DNA of 50,454 nt from Sphingomonadales bacterium (GCA_031416255.1 JANOTI010000018.1:1-50454), one strand, 5' to 3'; shown: positions 1-9,768, numbered from the stretch's first letter. The notes: generated from the sequence alone by a model not told the origin. A program made the numbers and translations.

Positions 1-1194
1 TTTTGCGCCGTGCTTGGCGATACCCTCCGCCTCATATTTGCCGCCGACCATGAAGCCGCTGATATTTTGCAGGAACAACAGAGGTATCCGCCGCTGGCAG
101 GCGAGTTCGATGAAATGCGCGCCTTTGACCGCGCTTTCCGAAAACAGCACGCCGTTGTTGGCGAGGATCGCGACGGGCATCCCCCAGATATGCGCGAAAC
201 AGCAGACAAGCGTGCTGCCATAAAGCGCCTTGAATTCGTGAAACTCGCTTCCGTCGACGATGCGCGCGATGACTTCGTGGACGTCATAAGGTGCACGGAC
301 GTCGTCGGGGATGACGCCGTAGAGTTCTTCGGCGTCATATTTGGGCGGGCGCGGGTCTTTCAAGTCGATGTCGGGTTTATGGATTGGGCCAAGGTGCGAA
401 ATAATATCGCGCACGATGGTCAGTGCGTGTTCGTCATTTTCGGCAACATGATCGACGACGCCCGATTTGCGGCCATGCAGGTCGCCGCCGCCCAAATCCT
501 CCGCGCTGATTTCCTCGCCCGTCGCGGCCTTTACCAATGGCGGGCCAGCGAGGAAGATCGTGCCTTGGTTGCGGACGATCACGCTCTCGTCGGACATCGC
601 AGGCACATACGCTCCACCAGCCGTGCAACTGCCCATGACGCAGGCGATTTGCGGGATGCCCTTGGCGCTCATGTTCGCCTGATTGAAGAAAATGCGGCCA
701 AAATGGTCACGGTCGGGAAAGACTTCGTCCTGATGCGGCAGGTTCGCGCCGCCGCTATCGACCAGATAGATGCACGGCAGGCGGTTGGCCTCGGCAATTT
801 CTTGCGCGCGCAGATGCTTTTTGACGGTCATCGGGTAATAAGTGCCGCCCTTCACCGTCGCGTCGTTGCAGACGATCATGCACTGCCGCCCCGATACACG
901 GCCAATGCCGGTGATGATCCCCGCGCCAGGGATTTCGCCGTCGTACAGGTCGTTTGCGGCCAATTGACCGATTTCGAGGAACGGCGAACCCGGATCAAGC
1001 AAGCGCTCCACCCGCTCCCTTGGCAGCAACTTACCCCGCGCGGTATGCCGCTCGCGCGACTTCTCGTTCCCGCCCAAGGCCGCCTCGGCCACCTTCGCCC
1101 ATAACGCATCCTTCAACGCGACATTGTGCGCAAAGTTCAGGCGGAAATTCTCGCTTTCGCGATCAGCGGCGGTGGGCAAAACGGGTGCGGTCAT
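1..1194 (-). CDS. liuB: 3-methylcrotonyl-CoA carboxylase beta (carboxyltransferase) subunit, truncated at window edge
   Basis: Not in the ORF track. Read by hand on the minus strand from ATG 1194: [10 protein letters not shown]...[17 protein letters not shown]...[12 protein letters not shown]...[11 protein letters not shown]...GIAKHGAK; frame is open to position 1. Confidence 0.9.
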   Translation of the reverse strand, partial: MTAPVLPTAADRESENFRLNFAHNVALKDALWAKVAEAALGGNEKSRERHTARGKLLPRERVERLLDPGSPFLEIGQLAANDLYDGEIPGAGIITGIGRVSGRQCMIVCNDATVKGGTYYPMTVKKHLRAQEIAEANRLPCIYLVDSGGANLPHQDEVFPDRDHFGRIFFNQANMSAKGIPQIACVMGSCTAGGAYVPAMSDESVIVRNQGTIFLAGPPLVKAATGEEISAEDLGGGDLHGRKSGVVDHVAENDEHALTIVRDIISHLGPIHKPDIDLKDPRPPKYDAEELYGVIPDDVRAPYDVHEVIARIVDGSEFHEFKALYGSTLVCCFAHIWGMPVAILANNGVLFSESAVKGAHFIELACQRRIPLLFLQNISGFMVGGKYEAEGIAKHGAK

Positions 1195-1269
1195 ATTTGG
1201 ACTATAACGCGCAAACCGCTGTTGGGAATACGCAACTTTATTGCGCTATCAGGATTATCGCCGCGACGG

Positions 1270-1692
1270 TTATCCAGCGAATTTTGTGCGCAGATCGAGC
1301 ATCGCGATAGCAGCCTTCGCCGCCTCGCCGCCTTTGTCTTTCTGTTTCGGGTCAGCGCGGACGAGCGCTTGCTCCTCATTCTCCACCGTCAAGATACCAT
1401 TGCCTATTGCTAGCCCGTCCATGGTCAACGCCATAATCCCGCGCGCACTTTCCCCAGCGACGATTTCGAAATGATAGGTTTCGCCGCGAATGACGACGCC
1501 GATGGCGACATAGGCGTCGTACAGGTCGCTTTCCGATGCCAGAGCAATCGTGCCGGGAATTTCGAGCGCACCGGGAACGGTCACAACTTCGAATTCATGC
1601 CCAGCCGCTTTCAGCGCAGCCTTGGCCCCCTCCACAAGCATATCGTTCAAATGGTCGTAAAAACGCGCCTCAACTATCAGGAATTTTGCCAT
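1270..1692 (-). CDS. ribH: 6,7-dimethyl-8-ribityllumazine synthase
   Basis: VPGALEIP and [14 protein letters not shown] motifs; TAATG overlap with ribB. Confidence 0.97.
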   Translation of the reverse strand: MAKFLIVEARFYDHLNDMLVEGAKAALKAAGHEFEVVTVPGALEIPGTIALASESDLYDAYVAIGVVIRGETYHFEIVAGESARGIMALTMDGLAIGNGILTVENEEQALVRADPKQKDKGGEAAKAAIAMLDLRTKFAG

Positions 1693-2993
1693 TATTCGCC
1701 TTTCGTACCCGGTATCGGGCGTTCGCCCACAATCGATAGGCCGTAACCTTCAAGCCCGACCAGAGTGTGGTGTGTGTTTGTCAGCAGGATCATATCGTGT
1801 ACGCCCAATTCGGTTAGGATTTGTGCCCCGCCACCGTAATCGCGCAGTTCCTCCACCTCAGGCGCGCCTGCGCCTTTGCCTTCGGCGCGCAGCTGCATAA
1901 AGCGGGAGACCATGCCCTGCATAGGCTTGTTAATCACAACGATCACGCCGCAACCTTCGTCAGCAATCGCCTGCATCGAATTGGACAGCAACCCGGCGCG
2001 CTCATGCTCTTCGCCAAAGACATCGACGAACATCGACATCGTGTGCATGCGGACGAGCGTGGGCTGATCGGGATCAATCCGCCCTTTGACCAGCGCCATT
2101 GTTTCCTGCGCGGTGGCTTTGTTAAAGAAAGTCATCGCGGTCCATTCACCGCCCCATTTGCTGGTGAACTTCATCTCTGCGCGCTTTTCGACCAGATGGT
2201 CATGCTTGCGGCGATAAGCGATCAAATCGCGGATCGTACCCATCTTCAGATTGTGCATCCGGGCGAACGACACAAGGTCGTCCATCCGCGCCATCGTGCC
2301 ATCGTCTTTCATAATCTCGCAGATCACACCCGATGGATTGAGCCCCGCAAGCCGCGATATATCGACCGCCGCCTCGGTATGCCCTGCCCGCACTAGGACA
2401 CCGCCATCGCGCGCAGTCAGCGGGAATATATGGCCGGGAGAGACGATGTCGTCAGGGCCCTTCGACGCATCAACCGCGACCAAAATCGTCCGTGCCCGGT
2501 CAGCTGCGCTGATACCGGTGGTGACGCCCTCTTTTGCCTCAATCGAGACGGTAAATGCCGTTTGCATAGACTCGCGGTTGTCCTGCGCCATCGGGGCAAG
2601 GCCGAGCAGATCGCAGCGTTGTTTCGTCATCGTCAGGCAGATAAGACCGCGGCCATGCGTTGCCATAAAATTGATCGCATCGGGCGTTGCCATTTGCGCT
2701 GGGATAATCAGGTCGCCTTCATTCTCGCGGTCTTCATCATCGACAAGAATGTACATGCGGCCATTGCGCGCTTCTTCGATGATCTCTTCAATCGGTACCA
2801 ACGCAGGGGTATCGTCATTGGCAAAGAGATAGCTTTCCAGCTTGCGCAGCGTCTCTGCCGTCGGGTTCCAGTCGGACTGGTCCAGATCGCGCAGCGTGTT
2901 AGCGTGAAGGCCAGCGGCGCGGGCGAGGCCGGAGCGGGAAAGACCGCCGTCATTGACGAGCGAGCGTAATTTAGCGATGAGCTGTGTGGACAT
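1692..2993 (-). CDS. ribB: DHBP synthase RibB with an N-terminal Cro/XRE-like HTH and a C-terminal degenerate GTP cyclohydrolase II-like domain
   Basis: [30 protein letters not shown] and GVICEI motifs; N-terminal [27 protein letters not shown]; C-terminal domain keeps [12 protein letters not shown] but lacks the Zn cysteines. Confidence 0.95.
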   Translation of the reverse strand: MSTQLIAKLRSLVNDGGLSRSGLARAAGLHANTLRDLDQSDWNPTAETLRKLESYLFANDDTPALVPIEEIIEEARNGRMYILVDDEDRENEGDLIIPAQMATPDAINFMATHGRGLICLTMTKQRCDLLGLAPMAQDNRESMQTAFTVSIEAKEGVTTGISAADRARTILVAVDASKGPDDIVSPGHIFPLTARDGGVLVRAGHTEAAVDISRLAGLNPSGVICEIMKDDGTMARMDDLVSFARMHNLKMGTIRDLIAYRRKHDHLVEKRAEMKFTSKWGGEWTAMTFFNKATAQETMALVKGRIDPDQPTLVRMHTMSMFVDVFGEEHERAGLLSNSMQAIADEGCGVIVVINKPMQGMVSRFMQLRAEGKGAGAPEVEELRDYGGGAQILTELGVHDMILLTNTHHTLVGLEGYGLSIVGERPIPGTKGE

Positions 2994-3005
2994 ACCCCTG
3001 CAATA

Positions 3006-3050
3006 ATCACATCACAGTGTGAACGTCAATGCGGATTATCACATCGCAGT
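3006..3050 (-). promoter_or_regulatory. Putative ribB promoter (-35 TTGACG at 3024-3029) with two 13-bp direct repeats (candidate operator)
   Basis: ATCACATCACAGT 3006-3018 and ATCACATCGCAGT 3038-3050; TCACA-N6-TGTGA palindrome 3007-3022. Confidence 0.55.
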
Positions 3051-3282
3051 ACAAATTTAACGAATGCTGCAAGCAAGCTTACAGACCTGCGGATGCTGCT
3101 TCCCCGCATTTTGCGGCACAAGCGATCATTACTATGCCGCAAGGAGCACTGCGTGATTTAATGGTAGCTGGATGGCAACGCCGTAATTGCACTTTTGCAT
3201 TTGGCGCGTCGATAGTGCTTGACGGCTTTTGCTTTGCGAGTGATGAATTCGCTTGTAAAAACGTGCAATTTGGAGAGGCAAT

Positions 3283-5493
3283 ATGAAACCGAGCCGTATG
3301 GTATTATTCTTCGCCGCAACGGCAATGTCGGGCCATGTTGCGATGGCAGCTGACGATATCGCCATCATTCTGCCCGGCGCACCCGGCCAGCCGGGTCAGC
3401 AAATCAGCAGCAGCGATGCGACAAAGCTGGCCGATAGCCGCTATTCGCCCGCTGACGTCCAGTTCATGCAAGGCATGATCATGCACCACAAGCAGGCCGT
3501 GGATATGGCCGCATTGGTGAAAGACCGGACCAATCATCCCGCTGTCACCACCGCCGCAGCGCGCATTTCCGCCAGCCAGACAGACGAAATGAAGTTCATG
3601 CGCGATTGGCTGTCAGAACGCAGTGAGCCGCTGGAAATGGCGGGAATGGGGCATGCGCATCATGATATGAAGGGCATGGCTAGCCCTGATCAGATGGCAG
3701 CATTGGCGTCTGCAAGCGGAGTTGCGTTCGACGCCTTGTTCCTGTCGTTGATGGTTGCGCATCATGACGGGGCATTGAAAATGGTCGATGAACTCCTGAA
3801 ATATTCTGGCACGGCCTATGATCCAGTGATGGCGCAATTTGTCGATGACGTAAAAAGCGAACAGAAAAACGAAATCGAGCGGATGAATGTCGAGCTTGCC
3901 GGCTTGTCGCCCGACCCGCGCGCCACATTAAAACCGGGATTTGCAGACGCCGGTGAAGCGATCAGCAACCTGCGCAAAGTTGCGTCGTTGCCCAAACCTG
4001 CTGGCTTTTTTGATCCAGCGAATCCCGCCGAATTGCAACCGTTAAAGCCAAAGAAGAAAGAGGATGCGCAGACGCCTCCAAAACCCGAGCTCAAAAATGA
4101 AACAGGCACCGAAGCCAAGCCGGAAAAGCCCGAATATACCGAACGCTTTCCACTGCTCAGCTTTGCCAATACTGACATCGCTTTTTCCGGCAATATTATG
4201 GTTGCAGGCAATTATCATGGTTGGAATGCTTACCGCCTTGGCGAAGACGGAAAGCCGCAATTGGTCAGCTCAGTCGTCTGCCCCGGAGGCCAGGGCGACG
4301 TCTCGATCAGCGGTAACCTGTTGATCATGAGTGTGCAGGATGCGCGCGCGCGAACCGACTGCGGGTTGCAAGGCGTGCAGGGCAAGGTCAGTAAAGAACG
4401 GTTTCGCGGTCTCCGCATTTTCGACATTAGCGATATTGCCCGTCCCGTTCAGGTCGGCCAAGTTCAAACCTGTCGCGGATCGCACACCCATTCGGTGGTG
4501 AAACAGACCAAGGATGCGCTGATTGTTTACAACAGCGGCACGTCACGCATACGGGATAAAGAGGAAATGCCGGTATGCGTCGGCGATGTGCCCGGCGATG
4601 ACCGGACGGCGCTGTTCCGGATCGATGTTATCGAAGTTCCGCTAAACGATCCATCAAAAGCCCGGATAGTCGATAGCCCCGCCGTGTTTGCCGATCCCAA
4701 GTCCGGGCGGCTTGCGGGGTTGTGGCAGGGTGGCGATCATGGCGATGATACGCAAGAGACTAACCGCACCGATCATTGCCACGACATCACCGTTTTCCCG
4801 ACCAAAAATATCGCTGCGGGGGCCTGTTCAGGCAATGGCGTAATTTTCGACATAAGCGATCCGCGCAAGCCAAAGCGGATTGATGAAGTCACTGACAAAG
4901 GCTTTGCCTATTGGCATTCGGCAACGTTTAGCAACGACGGCAGCAAAGTGCTGTTTACCGATGAATGGGGCGGAGGCGGCCGTCCGCGTTGCTTGGCCTC
5001 CGATCCCAAAAACTGGGGCGCAAACGCGATTTATGAAATCGTCGATAAGAAGTTGCAATTTCGCAGCCTTTACAAACTGCCCGCGCCTCAAAGCGACAAG
5101 GAAAATTGCGTTGCTCATAACGGATCGATCATCCCGGTGCCAGGCCGCGACATTTTTGTGCAGGCATGGTATCAGGGCGGAATATCGGTGATCGATTTCA
5201 CCGACGCCAAAAACCCAAAAGAAATCGCCTATTTCGATCGCGGCCCAATTGACAAGGACCAGCTGGTTACAGGAGGCTACTGGTCAGCCTATTGGTATAA
5301 GGGACGCATCTACGCGACCGAAATTGTGCGCGGTATTGACGTGTTTGCGCTCAGCCCTAGCGAATTCCTGACAGCGGAAGAAATTGCCGCAGCAGAGGCT
5401 GCGGACCAAGGCAGCGTCTTCAACCCACAAACTCAATTCCCGGTCACCTGGACAAAGGGGAAAGTCATGAGGGCCACATCGGTAGGCAAGTAG
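3283..5493 (+). CDS. Secreted DUF305-domain / LVIVD-repeat fusion protein
   Basis: Signal peptide; ADVQFMQGMIMHHKQAVDMA and FLSLMVAHHDGALKM (DUF305 HH helices); repeated IFDISD/VIDFTD strands; GGAGAGG RBS. Confidence 0.85.
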   Translation: MKPSRMVLFFAATAMSGHVAMAADDIAIILPGAPGQPGQQISSSDATKLADSRYSPADVQFMQGMIMHHKQAVDMAALVKDRTNHPAVTTAAARISASQTDEMKFMRDWLSERSEPLEMAGMGHAHHDMKGMASPDQMAALASASGVAFDALFLSLMVAHHDGALKMVDELLKYSGTAYDPVMAQFVDDVKSEQKNEIERMNVELAGLSPDPRATLKPGFADAGEAISNLRKVASLPKPAGFFDPANPAELQPLKPKKKEDAQTPPKPELKNETGTEAKPEKPEYTERFPLLSFANTDIAFSGNIMVAGNYHGWNAYRLGEDGKPQLVSSVVCPGGQGDVSISGNLLIMSVQDARARTDCGLQGVQGKVSKERFRGLRIFDISDIARPVQVGQVQTCRGSHTHSVVKQTKDALIVYNSGTSRIRDKEEMPVCVGDVPGDDRTALFRIDVIEVPLNDPSKARIVDSPAVFADPKSGRLAGLWQGGDHGDDTQETNRTDHCHDITVFPTKNIAAGACSGNGVIFDISDPRKPKRIDEVTDKGFAYWHSATFSNDGSKVLFTDEWGGGGRPRCLASDPKNWGANAIYEIVDKKLQFRSLYKLPAPQSDKENCVAHNGSIIPVPGRDIFVQAWYQGGISVIDFTDAKNPKEIAYFDRGPIDKDQLVTGGYWSAYWYKGRIYATEIVRGIDVFALSPSEFLTAEEIAAAEAADQGSVFNPQTQFPVTWTKGKVMRATSVGK

Positions 5494-5580
5494 GAGCCGG
5501 ATGACCCGCCGAAATATCGTTGCGGCTGCTTCCGTCAGGATCTGACCGGGTTGGCGACGACAACGCCCATCCGACTCCCG
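5492..5580 (-). ncRNA. ffs: Small signal recognition particle RNA (4.5S)
   Basis: Minus strand GGGAGTCGGATGGG...CAACCCGGTCAGATCC-TGAC-GGAAGCAGCC...TCATCCGGCTCC: helix-8 core plus terminal pairing; upstream TTGCAT-17-CATACG promoter candidate. Confidence 0.9.
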
Positions 5581-5744
5581 CCGCGCGTATGGCTGTGTCC
5601 ATGCAAAAATGCAAGCGTGCGAAAGGGAGCAGATTTCTTCCGCCGTTTTGCGCGGCTTACGTGGTTAATCTGCGCTAGCCAATAAACGCCATTATATGTT
5701 TACCGCACCGGATTACTGAAAAGTATTCATCAGGAGGTGGGTTA

Positions 5745-6098
5745 ATGGCCATCAGTACCCAATATAAGTCGCCTATCAATTACGACGATGCAGCTCTCGA
5801 AGATCGAAGCTCGCCGCGCGTAACGCTAAAAATTCCGGCGACCTTAAGGCCGTCCGGTATCACTGGCTTTAGCGTAAAAGTTACCAACCTCTCCCTATCA
5901 GGATTCGCGTGCGAAGCGGCCACCGGCATTCCTGTGGGTGGACGATGCTGGCTGTCCTTGCCCGGCCTTTCGCCGTTGCAAGCCGAAGTTATCTGGAACA
6001 ACGGAAACATGGTTGGGTGCGCATTTTCCAATTTGCTAAACCGGGCAATACTTGACACGATCCTTAATCGGTTTGGTGTTGTTGTGCCCAGTTTTTAA
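5745..6098 (+). CDS. PilZ domain protein
   Basis: RSSPR (RxxxR) and NLSLSG (D/NxSxxG) c-di-GMP motifs; AGGAGG RBS. Confidence 0.9.
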   Translation: MAISTQYKSPINYDDAALEDRSSPRVTLKIPATLRPSGITGFSVKVTNLSLSGFACEAATGIPVGGRCWLSLPGLSPLQAEVIWNNGNMVGCAFSNLLNRAILDTILNRFGVVVPSF

Positions 6099-7291
6099 TT
6101 CTTGGCTGCAAGCTCTGAATCGATAGCTTTCTGCACAGCTTTGTAAAATGCATCCCGGTCGAGCTTGGACTTCTCATCGGTTGCCCGCGGCCAGTTGCTA
6201 TTTGACGCAATAACCAGTTTGCGCTTAGCATCAAAAAAGATGCCTTGGCCAAAAATGCCCTGTGCCGCGAATGTACCGTCATCAAACGTCCACCATTGAT
6301 ACCCGTATCCGGCTCCCGGCGCGCCAATATCGGCTTTCTTTGTGGTCGCCAAAGCGAACCAATCATCGGGCACAACCGATACGCCGCCTACCTTTCCACC
6401 AGTTTGCACAAACAGGCCAAAACGAGCCATATCCCGGACCGATGCCTGAACACAGCAGCCGCTGATTTCATGTCCGGTTGCACCAAGCAGCCAGCTAGCG
6501 TCTTGCTCCATCCCGAACGGTGCCCAGATTTTTTCAGACAGATACGCAGACAATGTTTTCTTGGAGGCTTTACTGACCAACACACCAATCAAATTGGTTT
6601 CGCCGGTTTTATACACCCATTTAGACCCTGCGGGCGCTTCGCGGGGCAGTTTGCGCATATAGCTGACGGTAACGTCGATGCCAGGTTCTGCTTTGTGAGC
6701 GTTAAACCGCGCTACGTCGCTATTTTTATCCTCATAATCTTCATTCCATTTGACGCCCGATGTCATCGTCAACAGCTGTTCGACAGTAACATCATCATAG
6801 GCCGACCCCTTCAAATCGGGAATATAGACGGTGACTTTGTCTTGCAGGCTTTTGATATAGCCATCTTTCACCGCCGCCCCAACCAATGTCGAAGTTAACG
6901 ATTTAGCCACAGAAAAACTGGTCCATTTGCCGTTACCGTCAAAATCGAGACCGTATTTTTCAAGCCTGATCTTTCCGTCGTGAAGGATAACAAGACCTGC
7001 GGTGCGCTGCGCCTTCATATAAGCGTCAACATCCGTATCCAGCAGCAGCGGCGCGCCTTTGGGCAGCGGATAGACTTTGTCGCCCGCCTCAATGATGTTC
7101 GATTTAGCCAGCGCTGGAATACGATCAATCGCGCGGAAAGCGGCGTCGCGTTGCGGGATAGTCCAGAACAGCACGTCGCTATTGGTCGGCAAATTGGAGG
7201 CAAGGGTACGCATGTCTTTGTCCATGCTGAACCAGCTGATTCCCAATGCAGCAACAATCGCCAAGCCGATGCCCAAGATCCATTTTTTCAC
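6095..7291 (-). CDS. Serine hydrolase, beta-lactamase/6-aminohexanoate-dimer hydrolase family
   Basis: SVAK (SxxK), LLTMTSG, YGYQWW, AQGIFGQ; N-terminal signal/anchor. Confidence 0.9.
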   Translation of the reverse strand: MKKWILGIGLAIVAALGISWFSMDKDMRTLASNLPTNSDVLFWTIPQRDAAFRAIDRIPALAKSNIIEAGDKVYPLPKGAPLLLDTDVDAYMKAQRTAGLVILHDGKIRLEKYGLDFDGNGKWTSFSVAKSLTSTLVGAAVKDGYIKSLQDKVTVYIPDLKGSAYDDVTVEQLLTMTSGVKWNEDYEDKNSDVARFNAHKAEPGIDVTVSYMRKLPREAPAGSKWVYKTGETNLIGVLVSKASKKTLSAYLSEKIWAPFGMEQDASWLLGATGHEISGCCVQASVRDMARFGLFVQTGGKVGGVSVVPDDWFALATTKKADIGAPGAGYGYQWWTFDDGTFAAQGIFGQGIFFDAKRKLVIASNSNWPRATDEKSKLDRDAFYKAVQKAIDSELAAKN

Positions 7292-7310
7292 AGCGTTCCC
7301 CTCCCATTTT

Positions 7311-8576
7311 TCAACTCTTAACCAGCGTCACTTGTGCGACATTGATGCCGCCACCGCGAAAACCGCCCTCGCTGTACATCAGGTAGTAACGCCACAAAGC
7401 AATGAATTTCGCATCAAAGCCTGGCGACAGTCGGCCCTCTGCAACGGCCAAATCAAACCGGACACGCCAAAGGCGAAGTGTTTCGGCATAATCCGGTCCA
7501 TAATCCTGTTGGTCACACCAGCTAAGCCCACGCGCCTCGGCCAGCGCACGGAAACGGCTTTCGGACAGCAACATCCCGCCGGGAAAAACATAGCGCTGAA
7601 TAAAATCAGCACCACTGGCATAAGCCTCAAAAATATCATCCTCGATACGAATGTACTGTATCGCAGCGCGGCCACCGGGTTTTAGGTTGCGGGCAATGCA
7701 ATCGAGATAGGACGGCCAATATTCCATGCCCACTGCTTCGACCATTTCGACGCTGGCGATCGCATCATATTGCCCCGAAACGTCCCGATAATCAGTCAGG
7801 GTGATCGCACAATTAGCAGCGCCCGCAAGCCTATTATCTGCAAAGGCCTTTTGTTCTGCCGATAAAGTTATGCCGTGATAGGCAATGTCCGCTTTATCGA
7901 TAGCCTGTTGCGCCAAGCCGCCCCAGCCGCAGCCGATTTCAAGCATACTATCGCCGGGTTTCAAATTGAGCCGGCCTAGGATGCAATCATTTTTGCGGCG
8001 CTGCGCCATTTCCAGATCATCGTCGCCACAAAATACCGCGCTGGAATATGTCATCGTCGGATCGAGCCATGCCGCATAAAAATCATTGCCCAAATCATAA
8101 TGGGCTGCGATGTTTTCACGCGCATTCGACCGGTTGTTGCGTCGCAGCCAATGTGCGACGCGCCCAATGAACTTCGCGACCCCAGATGCACGCCCGACAG
8201 CACCCAGCGTATTGCGGTTCCGTGTGAACAGATCGAACACTGGAACTGGATCAGGACTTTCCCAATCGCCATCGGCCCATGCCTCGTACCAACCGATCGA
8301 ACCGCCACGCACCAATCGCGTTAGCGCGCGCCAATTGTTCAATTTGACGACAGCGGCTGGTCCAGGCGAACGTCCACCCATGATGGCAACGGTGCCATCC
8401 GGCAGATGCCCTTCGATTGTTCCCGCTTCTAGCCCTTCATTAACTCTTTTGATTATGGCCGAAAAAAAACGGTCTTCGGCGCCCGTCCGCAAGCGCGAAA
8501 AAAGGCCGCCTCTGGTCGCAGGCAAAGCTGGCTTATCAACCAAATGGCGGCCTCGATTCAATTCTGGAGCGTTCAT
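7311..8576 (-). CDS. cfa: Cyclopropane-fatty-acyl-phospholipid synthase family methyltransferase
   Basis: HYDLGNDFY, MTYSSA, LEIGCGWG, SVEMVEAVG, FIQRYVFPGG. Confidence 0.93.
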   Translation of the reverse strand: MNAPELNRGRHLVDKPALPATRGGLFSRLRTGAEDRFFSAIIKRVNEGLEAGTIEGHLPDGTVAIMGGRSPGPAAVVKLNNWRALTRLVRGGSIGWYEAWADGDWESPDPVPVFDLFTRNRNTLGAVGRASGVAKFIGRVAHWLRRNNRSNARENIAAHYDLGNDFYAAWLDPTMTYSSAVFCGDDDLEMAQRRKNDCILGRLNLKPGDSMLEIGCGWGGLAQQAIDKADIAYHGITLSAEQKAFADNRLAGAANCAITLTDYRDVSGQYDAIASVEMVEAVGMEYWPSYLDCIARNLKPGGRAAIQYIRIEDDIFEAYASGADFIQRYVFPGGMLLSESRFRALAEARGLSWCDQQDYGPDYAETLRLWRVRFDLAVAEGRLSPGFDAKFIALWRYYLMYSEGGFRGGGINVAQVTLVKS

Positions 8577-8599
8577 GGCGCCAGCCTAGCGAAACGCGA

Positions 8600-9046
8600 C
8601 TACTTCTTCAACGAATCACGGATCTCGGTCAACAAATCGACTTCGGTCGGACCTGCATCTGCGGCTTTGGCTTTCAACGTTTTGTTCACCCAACGCACAA
8701 CCAAAAAGATCACAAATGCAAAAATCAGGAAATTGATAATGGCCGAAATAAAGGCACCATAGCCCAACATCGGGATCCCGGCGGCCTTAAGCACCGCATA
8801 ATCGCCAGCCGCAGCTGCATCATTTAGTTTTTCGGGAATACTGCCCAGAAGAATGAACTTGTTGGTAAAATCGACGCCACCGAACACTGCCGAAACAATT
8901 GGCATAATCAAATCATCGGTCAACGATTTGGTAATCGTCGCAAATGCACCACCGATCATTACGCCAACGGCAAGGTCGAGCACATTTCCACCCGCAATAA
9001 AGGTCTTAAAGTCGTTTAATATAGAAAACTCTCCCGTTCCCATCAT
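8600..9046 (-). CDS. mscL: Large-conductance mechanosensitive channel (start uncertain: ATG 9046/9043 or ATA 9022)
   Basis: GNVLDLAVGVMIGGAF, YGAFISAIINFLI, LLTEIRDSL. Confidence 0.95.
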   Translation of the reverse strand: MMGTGEFSILNDFKTFIAGGNVLDLAVGVMIGGAFATITKSLTDDLIMPIVSAVFGGVDFTNKFILLGSIPEKLNDAAAAGDYAVLKAAGIPMLGYGAFISAIINFLIFAFVIFLVVRWVNKTLKAKAADAGPTEVDLLTEIRDSLKK

Positions 9047-9159
9047 AGGCAGCTGGCTATGTGCCTGTTTTGTTACAAGGAGTCGAGTAGATCATTGCAA
9101 TGGTCGATGTCCTGCCCTATTTGAGTAATACACATAATTTGGGGTAAGGAGATCACCCG

Positions 9160-9768
9160 ATGCGTTCCAATCTTGCAAAGTTCCTGCTGGTTCCTGTGGC
9201 CGCTATTTCGGTTTCGGCATGCGGCATAAACAGCGTCCCGACAGCTGAAGAAAATGCCAAAGCAAAATGGGCCGATGTACAGGCCGCGTTCCAAGAACGG
9301 GCTAACCTGATTCCAAACCTGGCCAACATCGTCAAAGGTGCAGCGGCTCAGGAAAACAAAACGCTGACCGAGGTGATTGAAGCACGCGCCAAAGCAACTT
9401 CGACCAACGTCAGTGTCACCGGTGCAGACCTTAACGATACAACAAAGATGGCCGCATTCTCGGCTGCGCAAAACCAATTGTCGGGCAGCCTGTCGCGTTT
9501 GCTGGTGTCTGTTGAGCAATACCCACAACTAAAAAGCCAGGAAGGCTTTCTGAAGCTGCAAGACCAGTTGGAAGGCAGCGAGAACCGCGTGCGTATTACG
9601 ATCCGCGATTACAACGAAGCGGTGCGTCAATATAACACTACGATCCGAACCTTCCCTGACATCATCGGTGCTAAAGTCATTCATGGCGCCAAGGAAATGG
9701 TTCCCTACAAAGCCGCAACCGAGGGCGCCGAAGTTGCACCAACGCTGGATATGACGCCTAAACAATAA
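9160..9768 (+). CDS. lemA: LemA family protein (lipoprotein-like N-terminus)
   Basis: RANLIPNL, EQYPQLKS, LEGSENRV, YNTTIRTFP; VSAC lipobox. Confidence 0.93.
   Translation: MRSNLAKFLLVPVAAISVSACGINSVPTAEENAKAKWADVQAAFQERANLIPNLANIVKGAAAQENKTLTEVIEARAKATSTNVSVTGADLNDTTKMAAFSAAQNQLSGSLSRLLVSVEQYPQLKSQEGFLKLQDQLEGSENRVRITIRDYNEAVRQYNTTIRTFPDIIGAKVIHGAKEMVPYKAATEGAEVAPTLDMTPKQ

Noticed and set aside
10-1104. 364-aa plus-strand ORF
   Set aside because: Antisense shadow of the minus-strand carboxyltransferase gene, which has clear family motifs
2994-3282. Possible FMN riboswitch or 85-aa ORF (3029-3286) upstream of ribB
   Set aside because: No recognisable RFN core on either strand by eye; the ORF has no motif or SD and overlaps the promoter boxes. 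Hairpins near 3088-3145 are unexplained but too weak to call
5655-5720. Possible CtrA sites upstream of the PilZ gene
   Set aside because: Only half-sites (GGTTAA, TTTAC); no TTAA-N7-TTAA spacing
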